NCBI GenBank assembly: GCA_964458855.1
Contig: CAYWJS010000003.1
Span: forward strand, 1,957 to 65,956
Source of the DNA: an uncultured Erysipelotrichia bacterium
Lineage (GTDB): Bacteria > Bacillota_I > Bacilli_A > CAYWJS01
Reading direction: 5' to 3'
Length of the DNA stretch: 64,000 bases
Positions 28,696 through 38,701 of this stretch are shown here, in pieces. Numbering within the stretch: the first letter of the stretch is position 1; each line of letters opens with the position of its first letter. Under the pieces are notes generated by a model. The model was not told where the DNA came from. It searched no databases and saw only the letters and a list, made by a program, of their open reading frames with translations. The position numbers were made by a program, and so were the translations under genes.

Positions 28696-29560
28696 ACTTT
28701 TAGCAGTCATTGTCATTATGGGGATAATCCTTGCAATTGCAGTACCTAGTACAATGAGAATAATAGAAAATTCACAACAAAAATCTTTAGCTAAAGTAGC
28801 AAACGGAATAGTTAGAGCCGCAAAATATGAATACCCTCGCGAAATTATTAGAGAACAAGATGCAACAGAAATAATCTTTAATTATGAGGACGGCATAGAG
28901 AGTTCTAATGTTGAAGGAGAAAATTTAAAATACACAGGTAAGAAACCAAAAGATGGGATTGTTAAAATTAGCCCAGAAGGTAAAATTGCTATTGCAATCC
29001 ATGATGGTAGGTATTGTGCAACAAAATCATATTTAGAAAGCGAAGTAACAATAAACAATATCACAAAAGATGAATGCATGAGTTCATTAAGTGAATCAAG
29101 AGAAATTGTTGCCACTAGAATTGAAGAAAAACTGAGCGACGGTTTTTTTATTTTTAATTATATGGCTCAATTTTCTAATAATTTAAATTTAACAGTAGGA
29201 AAAAAATATGAGGTAATATTAAAAACTGATCAAGGTACAATTAAATTAGAAAACATAATTTGCGAGCTAGATGATACATTTAACCAGTTCCCAACATTGC
29301 GTTACACTCCTGGCTATGACGGTGGTCCAGAGGACTTTCATCACATATATGATAAAGGTAAAGAATTTGTAGAAACTACCTTACCACTAATTCAACATAT
29401 ATATGAAACGCATGGACCAGGTTTTTTTGGAGTAAATTTAACAGCATTAGAAACACTTCAAAAATTTTCTGAGAATGGTGAGTCTTGGATACTAGAAATT
29501 GGTGAACTTTCTTCAATTCAAGCACCAAATATCGAAGAAATAACAATTATTGAACATTAA
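28655..29560 (+). CDS. Prepilin-type N-terminal methylation domain protein, large type IV pilin-like protein
   Basis: 301 aa; ORF track starts at GTG 28655; likely start is TTG 28664 after RBS AGGAAG, giving leader MQNGKG|FTLIELLAVIVIMG. Confidence 0.65.
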   Translation: MDILQNGKGFTLIELLAVIVIMGIILAIAVPSTMRIIENSQQKSLAKVANGIVRAAKYEYPREIIREQDATEIIFNYEDGIESSNVEGENLKYTGKKPKDGIVKISPEGKIAIAIHDGRYCATKSYLESEVTINNITKDECMSSLSESREIVATRIEEKLSDGFFIFNYMAQFSNNLNLTVGKKYEVILKTDQGTIKLENIICELDDTFNQFPTLRYTPGYDGGPEDFHHIYDKGKEFVETTLPLIQHIYETHGPGFFGVNLTALETLQKFSENGESWILEIGELSSIQAPNIEEITIIEH

Positions 29561-29561
29561 A

Positions 29562-29591
29562 ATATCCACCTATTAAGGTGGATATTTTTTG
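29562..29591 (+). terminator. Bidirectional hairpin terminator between the pilin-like gene and the convergent ABC transporter gene
   Basis: atatccacc/ggtggatat stem followed by a 6-nt T-run. Confidence 0.55.
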
Positions 29592-29593
29592 TT

Positions 29594-31420
29594 TTAATCT
29601 TCAAATTGGGAATTATATAGTTTTGCATAAAAACCATTCTTTGCCAGCAACTCTTCATGACGGCCTTGCTCAACAATTTTTCCTTCATCAATTACTAAGA
29701 TTAAGTCAGCACTTCTAATTGTTGATAGACGATGGGCAATTACAAATGTAGTTCTTCCCTTCATTAACTCTTCCATCGTTTTTTGAATCAAGACTTCTGT
29801 TCTGGTATCAACATTACTTGTTGCCTCATCTAAAATTAATATTTTTGGATCAGCAAGAATAGCCCTTGCAATCGTTAATAGTTGTTTTTGCCCACTTGAA
29901 ACATTATCTGACTCTTCATTTAACTCCATATTGTAACCGCTAGGTAAAGTTTTGATAAAGTTATGAACAGATGCCGCTTTTGCTGCCTTAATAACTTCTT
30001 CATCTGTTGCTCTTAAATTTCCATAACGAATATTTTCCATGATTGTTCCTGTAAATAGCCACGTATCTTGTAAGACCATTCCAAAAATTTCCCTTTTTGC
30101 TTCATCACTTAAATCATTAACATTATAGCCATCAATTAAGATTGAACCTTCATTAACAGGATAGAATCCCATCAGTAATTTTACAATTGTTGTCTTACCA
30201 GCACCTGTTGGTCCAACAATTGCAACTTTTTCACCTGCTTTTAACTTAATATTTAAACCTTTGATAATTGGTTCTTCTGCTTTATAACCAAAACTAACAT
30301 TTTGAAATTCAACATTACCTTTAATCCCATCTTTAATAATGTTTTCTTTTGCTATTTCCATTTCCTTTTCTTCCAAAAATTCAAATACTCTTTCTGCTGC
30401 TGCTATCATTGATTGAAACATATTCGAACCATTGGCAATTCGCACAATTGGATGAGTAAAACTTCTCATGTATTGAATAAATGATTGAATATTACCTACT
30501 GTAATCGTTCCTTGAATTGCGTAATATCCGCCTAAAATTGCAATAATTGCATACCCTATATTAGCAACAAAGTGCATAATTGGATGCATTAGACCTGATA
30601 AAAATTGACTTTTCCAAGCTGATTGATAAAGAACTTTATTGTCTTTTTCAAAACTATTTATCATTTTCTCTTCAGCATTAAATGCTCGAAGAACTGTATG
30701 TCCCGAAAACATTTCTTCAACTTTTCCATTAACAAATCCTAAGTAGTCTTGTTGGGCTTTAAAATACTTTTGTGATTTTTTAATTACAAATATTGTTAAG
30801 AAGAAAGAAAGCGGAATCATTAATAACGAAATTAAAGTCATTGGAACATTAATTGAAAACATCATGATAACTACTCCAACAATAGTTACAACTGACGTGA
30901 TAAACTGCGTTGCAATTTGATTTAGACTCTGTGTTAGAGTATCAATATCATTTGTTACAATTGTTAGAATTTCCCCATGAGTTTTCTGATCAAAATAACT
31001 CATCGGTAAACGATTTATTTTCTCACTTAAAGCTTTGCGCAGATTAAACGATACTTTCTGTGAAATACCAGTCATAATGTAGCCTTGAATATATGAAAAA
31101 ACTAAACTCAAAATATAAAGTCCAAGGAGTGTAAGAAGAGTTGTTGCAATTTTTGCAAAATTAATTCCCTCTCCTCCTGTGTACTTACTAATTACTCCTT
31201 CAAATAAAAGGGTTGTTGCATTCCCCAATATTTTTGGTCCGATAATTGAGAAGATAGTACTACCAACAGCAAAGATAATTACAACTAATAACCCTACTTT
31301 ATACTGAGAAATGTATTTCATTAATTTTTTAAATGTTCCTTTAAAATCTTTTGGTTTTTCAAAGGAGAATCTCCCACCACCCATTGGTCGCATGGGAGCA
31401 CTACTTTTTTTATTTTTCAT
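29594..31420 (-). CDS. ABC exporter, fused permease/ATPase half-transporter (heterodimeric multidrug-type)
   Basis: 608 aa; six-TM domain, Walker A GPTGAGKTT, signature LSSGQKQ, Walker B ILILDEATS. Confidence 0.85.
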   Translation of the reverse strand: MKNKKSSAPMRPMGGGRFSFEKPKDFKGTFKKLMKYISQYKVGLLVVIIFAVGSTIFSIIGPKILGNATTLLFEGVISKYTGGEGINFAKIATTLLTLLGLYILSLVFSYIQGYIMTGISQKVSFNLRKALSEKINRLPMSYFDQKTHGEILTIVTNDIDTLTQSLNQIATQFITSVVTIVGVVIMMFSINVPMTLISLLMIPLSFFLTIFVIKKSQKYFKAQQDYLGFVNGKVEEMFSGHTVLRAFNAEEKMINSFEKDNKVLYQSAWKSQFLSGLMHPIMHFVANIGYAIIAILGGYYAIQGTITVGNIQSFIQYMRSFTHPIVRIANGSNMFQSMIAAAERVFEFLEEKEMEIAKENIIKDGIKGNVEFQNVSFGYKAEEPIIKGLNIKLKAGEKVAIVGPTGAGKTTIVKLLMGFYPVNEGSILIDGYNVNDLSDEAKREIFGMVLQDTWLFTGTIMENIRYGNLRATDEEVIKAAKAASVHNFIKTLPSGYNMELNEESDNVSSGQKQLLTIARAILADPKILILDEATSNVDTRTEVLIQKTMEELMKGRTTFVIAHRLSTIRSADLILVIDEGKIVEQGRHEELLAKNGFYAKLYNSQFED

Positions 31421-33632
31421 GTCCTAACTCCTCCTCTGATAACTGTGATAAGGCAATTTCACGATAAACTTCACAAGACTCTAATAACTCATTGTGGGTA
31501 CCTATTCCCACTACTTTCCCATTATCTAATACGATAATTTGATCAGCATTTAAAACTGTACTTATTCTTTGTGCTACAAGTAAAATTGTACTATCCTTTA
31601 TTTCTTTATTTAAAGCTGCTCGTAAGTTTTTATCAGTTTTAAAATCAAGAGCTGAAAAACTATCATCAAAAATAAATATTTTTGGTTTAAGTGCAATTGC
31701 TCTAGCAATTGATAATCTTTGTTTTTGTCCCCCAGATAAGTTAGTTCCACCCTGACTTACTTGAGCTTCATACTTATCTTCTTTACCCTCAATAAACTCT
31801 GTTGCTTGGGCAATACTTACAACACGATCAATTTCTTCATTATTTATGTTTTCATTACCAATTAAAATATTTGATTTGATTGTTCCTGAGAACAACACTC
31901 CCCTTTGTGGAACATAACCAATATTTGCTCTTAAATCACTAATTTTAAGATCTCTAATATCAAGTCCATCAATTAAAATTTCTCCACTTGTTACATCATA
32001 AAAACGTGGTATTAAATTAATTAATGTTGATTTACCTGACCCAGTTGAACCAATAATTGCGGTTGTCCCATTACCTGCTTTAAAAGAAATATTCTCTAAA
32101 ACATTTTCTTCTGCTCCAGGATATTTAAATGATACATTTTTAAATTCAATTATTCCTTCTTTAATTACATTTTTCTTTACTTTTTCTTTTTCCTTAATTG
32201 ATAAATCCGTATTTAATACTTCTGCAATTCTTTTCATCGAAACCCAAGATCTCGGTAAAATCACTGACATAGCTGAAAACATTAAGAATGCCATTATGAT
32301 TTGCATTGTATAAGAAATGAAAGCAATTAAACTACCTACTTGCATCGTACCAGCATCAATTCTACTTGCTCCCACCCAAATAATTAAAATACTAGTTGCA
32401 TTCATAATGAATGTCATCATTGGCATCATAAATGTCATCACACGATTTACAAAGAGATTAGTTTTCATTAAATTATGATTAGCTTCATCAAATCTTTTTT
32501 CTTCAAATTTTTGATTAGAGAAGGCACGAATTACAGGTATTCCCGTTAATATTTCTCTTGTTATTAAGTTTAATTTATCAATTTGATTTTGAACAATTTG
32601 AAACTTTGGAAGAGCAACAACTAACAATGTAATTACTAAAATCAAAATTGCAAGCACTCCAACCCCAATTACCCATGACATTGAATTACCACTTACCTTG
32701 GTATAGGCCCCAATACCAATAATCGGTGCATAAATTACCATTCTAAGTGACATTACAATTAACATTTGTATTTGTTGAATATCATTTGTACATCTTGTGA
32801 TAAGTGAAGCAATTGAGAAATGTTCTAACTCTTGATTTGAAAAACTCATTACTTTACTCACAATTTTGCTTCGCAGATCCCGACTAAAACGAGCTGCCAC
32901 TCTTGCTGCTAAATATGAAATAGTAATTGCGACCACCATAATCAGAAAAGTAATTCCTAACATTTTCAAACCTGTTGTAATAATATAATTTAGTTGCAAT
33001 CCATTTGTATCAATTCCTATGACTTGATACTCATTCTTTAAATAAGAGATCGAAACTTGCTTCACTAATTGTGGTTCAAGATTTTCCATCTTTTCATAAA
33101 TTCGAGTTAAGATTTCATTTAATTCCTCTTGTCCCATTAACTTAAATACATCTAAAAGAGTCATGCCCTCCGGAATCTTTGGAATACCAAAACTCTCAAG
33201 CAACAAAAGAAAACTAACATCATTAGATGAAAACATGTTAACTAAATATATTTGATACTCAATTTTTTCATTTAGTTCTGTTCTTTCTTTCTCACTAATA
33301 TCCTTTAAAAGATATAAATCATTCGTTTCCAAAATAGGATAATCTTTTAGATAATCTTGATCACCTTTTTTTATTAATAAATAATTCTTTAAGATAGACT
33401 CATCATCCTGAGTAAATAAAAGGATTTTTTCTAATTCTTCTTTTCTAATAGCTTTGGGAACCGAGTCTTCAATTCCACCCTGTTGAATTCCAACATTAAC
33501 AATTCTTGCTGTATAATCTGGCAATTGTAAGTCAAGCATTGCTTGTACAAATAAAAACGTTATTACAACTAAGATTGGAAATGCTGATTTACTTAATATT
33601 TTAAATATCTGTTTCATTTTCTCACCTATCAC
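31410..33632 (-). CDS. ABC exporter half-transporter partner with a ~170-aa extracytoplasmic insertion between TM1 and TM2
   Basis: 740 aa; Walker A GSTGSGKST, signature LSGGQKQ, degenerate Walker B IFIFDDSFS; overlaps partner by 11 nt. Confidence 0.85.
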   Translation of the reverse strand: MIGEKMKQIFKILSKSAFPILVVITFLFVQAMLDLQLPDYTARIVNVGIQQGGIEDSVPKAIRKEELEKILLFTQDDESILKNYLLIKKGDQDYLKDYPILETNDLYLLKDISEKERTELNEKIEYQIYLVNMFSSNDVSFLLLLESFGIPKIPEGMTLLDVFKLMGQEELNEILTRIYEKMENLEPQLVKQVSISYLKNEYQVIGIDTNGLQLNYIITTGLKMLGITFLIMVVAITISYLAARVAARFSRDLRSKIVSKVMSFSNQELEHFSIASLITRCTNDIQQIQMLIVMSLRMVIYAPIIGIGAYTKVSGNSMSWVIGVGVLAILILVITLLVVALPKFQIVQNQIDKLNLITREILTGIPVIRAFSNQKFEEKRFDEANHNLMKTNLFVNRVMTFMMPMMTFIMNATSILIIWVGASRIDAGTMQVGSLIAFISYTMQIIMAFLMFSAMSVILPRSWVSMKRIAEVLNTDLSIKEKEKVKKNVIKEGIIEFKNVSFKYPGAEENVLENISFKAGNGTTAIIGSTGSGKSTLINLIPRFYDVTSGEILIDGLDIRDLKISDLRANIGYVPQRGVLFSGTIKSNILIGNENINNEEIDRVVSIAQATEFIEGKEDKYEAQVSQGGTNLSGGQKQRLSIARAIALKPKIFIFDDSFSALDFKTDKNLRAALNKEIKDSTILLVAQRISTVLNADQIIVLDNGKVVGIGTHNELLESCEVYREIALSQLSEEELGHEK

Positions 33633-33737
33633 ATAAATATGTTATACCTTTTCATTATATGGTATTAAATCCAAGTTCTCAACCTATAAAAAAACTACTA
33701 ATACGAACATTAGTAGGTTTTTATTTTATTTTAATTA

Positions 33738-33824
33738 TGGTGCCAGTGGAGGGACTCGAACCCTCACGAGTATTACCTCATCGGATTTTGAGTCCGACGC
33801 GTCTACCAATTCCACCACACTGGC
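33738..33824 (-). tRNA. tRNA-Leu (anticodon CAA), long variable arm
   Basis: 87-nt class II tRNA, anticodon loop CTCAAAA, TPsiC GGTTCGAGTCC, CCA encoded. Confidence 0.85.
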
Positions 33825-33875
33825 AAGTAATGCAAAATAATAATATCAAATTATTAGCATTACTACAAGATATAA

Positions 33876-34469
33876 TTATTCATTTTCTAAATCATTATCA
33901 TTATTCTTCTCTTGATACTTTGACATAAATAAATCTACTTCATCACGAATTTCTTCTTCAGTAAATTCTTCTAGTTTTGGTAAGTCATCAATTGATGATA
34001 AATTAAAGTGATCTAAGAATTCATCAGTAACACTATAAAGTGTTGGTCTTCCTGGTGTATCTGCTCGTCCTACTTCTTTGATTAAACCTCTTGCAAGTAA
34101 TTTAACTACAATTCCATCTGAATTAACTCCTCTAATTTCTTCAATTTGTGATCTTGTAATTGGTCCGTTATAAGCAATTATGATTAGGGTTTCTAATGCT
34201 GCTTGACTTAAAATATTAGTGTTTGGACTGTCAATTAACCTTTCATAATATTTTGAGTGTCCTGGTTTTGTAGTAAGTTTATACTTGTTTCCCAAATAAA
34301 CAAGTTGTACCCCTCTATTTTCACTTTCATATTCTTCTTTTAATTTATTAATTAATTCTTTAGTTGTTGTCTCATCTGTTTCTAAAACATGTCTAATTCC
34401 AGCAAGAGAAATTCCTTCTTCTCCAACTAAAAATAAAATTCCTTCTAATACTGCTTTTAGATTATCCAT
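33876..34469 (-). CDS. scpB: Segregation and condensation protein B
   Basis: 197 aa; tandem winged-helix pattern, downstream of scpA with 8-nt overlap. Confidence 0.85.
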   Translation of the reverse strand: MDNLKAVLEGILFLVGEEGISLAGIRHVLETDETTTKELINKLKEEYESENRGVQLVYLGNKYKLTTKPGHSKYYERLIDSPNTNILSQAALETLIIIAYNGPITRSQIEEIRGVNSDGIVVKLLARGLIKEVGRADTPGRPTLYSVTDEFLDHFNLSSIDDLPKLEEFTEEEIRDEVDLFMSKYQEKNNDNDLENE

Positions 34470-35196
34470 TTACTTCACCTTCTTTTAAGTTAATTAAAAT
34501 GTCATCAAAATTTTTGTTTTGACGAAGTTCAATAACATTGTTTTTTGCAAGTTCTAAAATTGATAAAAATGTTGTAATAATATAATCTTTTGTTAATATT
34601 TCAAACAAATCTGAAAAATTTACTTTTTTATCTTTAATAAGCCTATTTTTTATTTCTTTCATTCTTTCTTCTACAGTTATACCTATTTTTGTAACAGTTG
34701 TTTCAAGTGGCCTCATTAATGCCTTTCTTCTCATTAATTTTTGAAATGCACTCATTAAATCATAAATACTAATATCACTAGAAAGTGGTGGTATATCTTT
34801 CATATAAGGTGTTAAATCACCCTGTGGTCTTGTGTAATATAGTTGTCTGTTTTCACTTAATTTTCTAAATTTTGTTGTTGCTTCTTTATATTTTTTATAT
34901 TCAAGCAACCTTCTTATCAATTCTTCTTTTGGATCTTCTTCATATTCATCAGATGTTTCTAACTTTTCATTTGGAAGTAAGAGTCTTGATTTAATATAAA
35001 TAAGTTCAGCTGCCATTGTTAAGTATTCTGATGCAATTTCAAGCTCTAACTCTTCCATTGCTCTTATATAATTTAAGTACTGGTCTGTTATTTCACTAAT
35101 TGAAATATCCCAGATACTCATTTTTGCTTCTTTTATTAAATGTAACAGTAAATCAAGCGGTCCTTCAAATTCATTAATTTTAACATTATATTCCAC
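34462..35196 (-). CDS. scpA: Segregation and condensation protein A (kleisin)
   Basis: 244 aa; N-terminal FEGPLDLLLHLI motif. Confidence 0.85.
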   Translation of the reverse strand: MEYNVKINEFEGPLDLLLHLIKEAKMSIWDISISEITDQYLNYIRAMEELELEIASEYLTMAAELIYIKSRLLLPNEKLETSDEYEEDPKEELIRRLLEYKKYKEATTKFRKLSENRQLYYTRPQGDLTPYMKDIPPLSSDISIYDLMSAFQKLMRRKALMRPLETTVTKIGITVEERMKEIKNRLIKDKKVNFSDLFEILTKDYIITTFLSILELAKNNVIELRQNKNFDDILINLKEGEVNG

Positions 35197-35230
35197 AAGT
35201 TAACACCTCGTAATTATTATAACATAAAAA

Positions 35231-35249
35231 AGCCACTTATAAAGTGGCT
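35231..35249 (-). terminator. Hairpin terminator at the end of the spoVA genes
   Basis: agccactt/aagtggct stem flanked by A-run and T-run. Confidence 0.5.
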
Positions 35250-35252
35250 TTT

Positions 35253-35639
35253 TTATGATTTTGGTTTAAATAAAATTGCAACTAAAAAAGCAAAGAAGAT
35301 GGCACTGGTTATTCCTGCTGTTGTAAGGTCAAACATTTTCATAGCAATCCCAAAAAAACCATATTGATCAGTGTGATCTAAGGCACTATGAATCAAGGAG
35401 TGACCAAAACTTGTAATTGGAACAAGGGCTCCTCCACCACCAAACTCAACAATTCTGTCATAAATACCAAAAATATCAAGACCAGCACCTAAAACAACAA
35501 ATAAACTTGTAACATGTCCAGGCGTAAGAAGTGTATTTTCCAAAATTAATTGTCCAATAACACAAGTAATTCCAGCTACTAAAAAAGCATTTATATAATC
35601 CATTATATCGCCTCCAAACTTACTGCATGAGCAATACAA
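35253..35639 (-). CDS. spoVAEB: Stage V sporulation protein AEb (SpoVAC/SpoVAEb family membrane protein)
   Basis: ORF track 128 aa; likely start at internal Met (MDYINAFLVAG...) overlapping spoVAD stop; glycine-rich TM pattern. Confidence 0.75.
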   Translation of the reverse strand: MYCSCSKFGGDIMDYINAFLVAGITCVIGQLILENTLLTPGHVTSLFVVLGAGLDIFGIYDRIVEFGGGGALVPITSFGHSLIHSALDHTDQYGFFGIAMKMFDLTTAGITSAIFFAFLVAILFKPKS

Positions 35640-36610
35640 GGAATAGTTTCTTTTTGTTGAATCATAGTGGGACTAAAGAGAGCCCCTGTTGCAACTAAAA
35701 GAATTCTTTTTAATTTCCCTGTTTCTAATCTATTTTTCAAAAACCCAAAAGTAACTAAAGCAACACAAGCTGAACCACTACCCCCAGAAAATACTTCTTG
35801 GTTTTTCAAATCATAAAGCATTAGTCCACAATCATTATAATTTTTAGAAATATCCAATTTATATTCCTTTTTTAAATAATCAACCAAAACTTTACTTCCA
35901 ATATCACTTAAATCTCCTGTTACAATTAAATCATAATAATCAGGTGTTCTGTTTGTGTCTGTTAAATGTTGATTAATAGTATCTGCTGCAGCAGGTGCCA
36001 TAGCACCTCCTAAATCAAAGGGATTATTCATTCCCATATCAATTACTTTTCCTATTGTTACTGATTCAAGCTTAATTTTTGCTTTTTTCTTAGATAAAAG
36101 AACTGATGCAGCACCTGTTGCAGTAAAGGTTGCTGTCTGTGGTTTTTGTCCTCCATATTCATTAGGATAACGATATTGACGTTCAGCTGTAGAATTGTGG
36201 GATACTGTTGAACAAATTACATTATTTGCATTTTTACTATTAACTAAAATACCTCCAATAATTAAACTTTCCACGATATTTGCACAAGCTGCATAAACCC
36301 CTAGAAAAGGAAACCCAAATTCACGAGCAACATAATTAGAACTTACATTTTGGTTTAATAAATCCCCTGAGACAAAAAGATCAATATCAAATTTTGTAAG
36401 ATTAGTTTTACTTAAAACTTTAATAATACTTTCTTTTAATAATTTTCTTTCAGCAAGTTCATAGTTTTTCTCTTCGCAATATACATCACTAAAAGTTTTA
36501 TCAAAATATTTACCAAGTGGTCCCTCACTCTCCATTGGACCTGCTATAGTTGTAGCTTCATTTATATAAACACCATTTTTAAATGTTATTGTTTGCTCTC
36601 CTTGTTTCAT
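35603..36610 (-). CDS. spoVAD: Stage V sporulation protein AD (thiolase-like fold)
   Basis: 335 aa; position and overall pattern between spoVAC and spoVAEb. Confidence 0.85.
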   Translation of the reverse strand: MKQGEQTITFKNGVYINEATTIAGPMESEGPLGKYFDKTFSDVYCEEKNYELAERKLLKESIIKVLSKTNLTKFDIDLFVSGDLLNQNVSSNYVAREFGFPFLGVYAACANIVESLIIGGILVNSKNANNVICSTVSHNSTAERQYRYPNEYGGQKPQTATFTATGAASVLLSKKKAKIKLESVTIGKVIDMGMNNPFDLGGAMAPAAADTINQHLTDTNRTPDYYDLIVTGDLSDIGSKVLVDYLKKEYKLDISKNYNDCGLMLYDLKNQEVFSGGSGSACVALVTFGFLKNRLETGKLKRILLVATGALFSPTMIQQKETIPCIAHAVSLEAI

Positions 36611-36611
36611 T

Positions 36612-37067
36612 TTATCCTCCCATCACAAAGTATCTAATTATTCCAAAAATATATGCACTTACTACTCCATAAACAATTACTGTTCCTGCTAGCTTAAACA
36701 TATTTGTACCAATTCCGTAAACTAAACCTTCTCGTTTATGTTCTAAAGCTGCACTTGTCATAGAATTTGCAAACCCGGTAATGGGAATAATTGTTCCTGC
36801 TCCTGCCCACTGCCCAATTTTATCAAAAACACCAAAACCAGTTAAAAAACTTGCAAGAGCAATGAGAGTAACAATCATTGGAGTTGATGCTGCTTTTGCT
36901 GAAATATTTAAAACTTTGCTATAAAATTGAATAAGAAATTCAGCAAAAACACCAATTAAACCACCTACAATAAATGCTCTAAATACTTTTGTTCCCATCT
37001 TTTTGGGGGGATAAAAAGTTTTTACATAATCTTTATAACTTTCTTTTTTCACATAATCACTCCTCAA
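36612..37067 (-). CDS. spoVAC: Stage V sporulation protein AC
   Basis: ORF track starts at TTG 37067; likely start GTG 37052 after RBS GAGGAG; membrane protein of SpoVAC family. Confidence 0.8.
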   Translation of the reverse strand: MRSDYVKKESYKDYVKTFYPPKKMGTKVFRAFIVGGLIGVFAEFLIQFYSKVLNISAKAASTPMIVTLIALASFLTGFGVFDKIGQWAGAGTIIPITGFANSMTSAALEHKREGLVYGIGTNMFKLAGTVIVYGVVSAYIFGIIRYFVMGG

Positions 37068-37108
37068 TTGTTAGTATGTAAAAAATATCTTTAAAAATAC
37101 AAAAAAGA

Positions 37109-37819
37109 TTACACAATTTGTAATCTTTTTCGTAAATCATTTATTACTTTGTTTTCCATTCTTGATACTTTTACTTGTGAAATTCCGAGTCTTTTTGCAA
37201 CCTCAACCTGAGTTTGTTCTAAATTATATCTCATTTTAATTAATAATTTTTCAGTTGGGTCAAGCTTTTCTAATTCTTCAGTCAGCTCTAGTTTTTCAAA
37301 TTCACGTTTTGCACTCTCATCTAAAATTGTATTGTGAAGTGTATTAGTCTCATTATCATATGCTTGATCCATACTTAAAATATATTCTTTTGATTCAAGT
37401 GCATCCAAAATTTCACTCTTTGAAACTCCAAGATAATTAGTTATTTCATTTATAGTTGGAGTTCTCATATATTTTTGAGTAAGAATTTCTGTTGCTTCTT
37501 CTATTTTTTGAGCAATTGCAATAATATTTCTATTATATTTTACAAGTCTTTCATTTCTTAGGTATTGTCTTACTTCACCTAAAATTATAGGAAAAGCATA
37601 GGTTGTAAGTTTTGCTCCATGTGCTTTATCATAATTTTTTACAGCTTTAATAAACCCTATAACAGCAACTTGATACAAATCATCCTCATTATAACAGGTT
37701 CGAAACCTATTAATAATAGAATAAATTAAACCCTCATTACTTTTAATTAGCTCAGCTAAAGCTTCTTTTTCATTATTCTTAGCCCTCTCTACTAATTTAT
37801 CTACATTTTGTTTAGACAT
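37109..37819 (-). CDS. sigF: Sporulation sigma factor (sigma-F by operon position after spoIIAA-spoIIAB)
   Basis: 236 aa; sigma-70 regions 2 and 4; 8-nt overlap with spoIIAB. Confidence 0.8.
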   Translation of the reverse strand: MSKQNVDKLVERAKNNEKEALAELIKSNEGLIYSIINRFRTCYNEDDLYQVAVIGFIKAVKNYDKAHGAKLTTYAFPIILGEVRQYLRNERLVKYNRNIIAIAQKIEEATEILTQKYMRTPTINEITNYLGVSKSEILDALESKEYILSMDQAYDNETNTLHNTILDESAKREFEKLELTEELEKLDPTEKLLIKMRYNLEQTQVEVAKRLGISQVKVSRMENKVINDLRKRLQIV

Positions 37820-38252
37820 TTTCTAAAACCTCAGCTAATTTTAAATTTTTGGTAATTATAAGTTCTGTTCCTTTATTTGAACTATTTATTTTTAAATCAT
37901 CAGAAAAAGTTTCAATAATTGTAAATCCCATTCCTGACCTTTCTTTATCAGGCTTTGATGTATACATTGGTTGTCTTGCAAGTTCAATGTTTTCAATTCC
38001 ACAGCCTTCATCTTTTACAACGATTTTAACACTTTTATCTTTTATACTAACTTCTAAAATTACTTGTTTTTCAGGGTCTTCTTTATACCCATGAATAATT
38101 GCATTTGTTACAGCTTCTGAGATAATTGTTTTAATTTCTAAAATTTCATCAACAGTTGGATTTAAAGGGGCAATAAAACTACTAACAGCCATTCGCGCAA
38201 ATAATTCATTTTCACTTTTTGCATCAAAAATAATTTTTATTTTATTTTCCAT
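37812..38252 (-). CDS. spoIIAB: Anti-sigma F factor (GHKL-type Ser kinase)
   Basis: 146 aa; HATPase_c motifs (E...N...G.GLGF-like). Confidence 0.85.
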   Translation of the reverse strand: MENKIKIIFDAKSENELFARMAVSSFIAPLNPTVDEILEIKTIISEAVTNAIIHGYKEDPEKQVILEVSIKDKSVKIVVKDEGCGIENIELARQPMYTSKPDKERSGMGFTIIETFSDDLKINSSNKGTELIITKNLKLAEVLENV

Positions 38253-38253
38253 A

Positions 38254-38595
38254 TTAAACCCCCATTAACTCTATCGCCATAATTTCTGAATCTGCTTCAC
38301 AAACCAAATCAAACAAGCCACTCATAGAAAATAAATTTCTTAAATGCGCGTTTAAGCCACAAACAACAATTTTCCCGCCCCTACTTTCAACTTGTTTATA
38401 TCTACCCAAAATTACTCCAAGCCCACTGCTGTCCATAAAGTTAACTTCTCGAAAGTTTAAAACTAAAAACTTTATTCCGTACTCATCAATAAGTGGTGCA
38501 ACTTTTTTGCGAAATTTTCCAGCACTGTGATCATCTAATTCCCCGCGAATTCTTACAAATAAAATTCCCTTCCGAAACTCCATGTCTATATCCAT
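38254..38595 (-). CDS. spoIIAA: Anti-sigma F factor antagonist (STAS domain)
   Basis: 113 aa; phospho-serine motif FMDSSGLGVILGRY. Confidence 0.85.
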   Translation of the reverse strand: MDIDMEFRKGILFVRIRGELDDHSAGKFRKKVAPLIDEYGIKFLVLNFREVNFMDSSGLGVILGRYKQVESRGGKIVVCGLNAHLRNLFSMSGLFDLVCEADSEIMAIELMGV

Positions 38596-38701
38596 TTTAT
38601 TCCCCCTTCGGAAACTACTTTATCATAGTTTTTTTAAAATGGTTTATTTTCGACAAAAGAAGTTTTTTTGTATAAAAAAAATGGACTTTTAGTCCATTTT
38701 C

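Noticed and set aside
33659-33928. 89-aa plus-strand ORF
   Set aside because: Overlaps tRNA-Leu on the opposite strand and the 3' end of scpB; no RBS; spurious.
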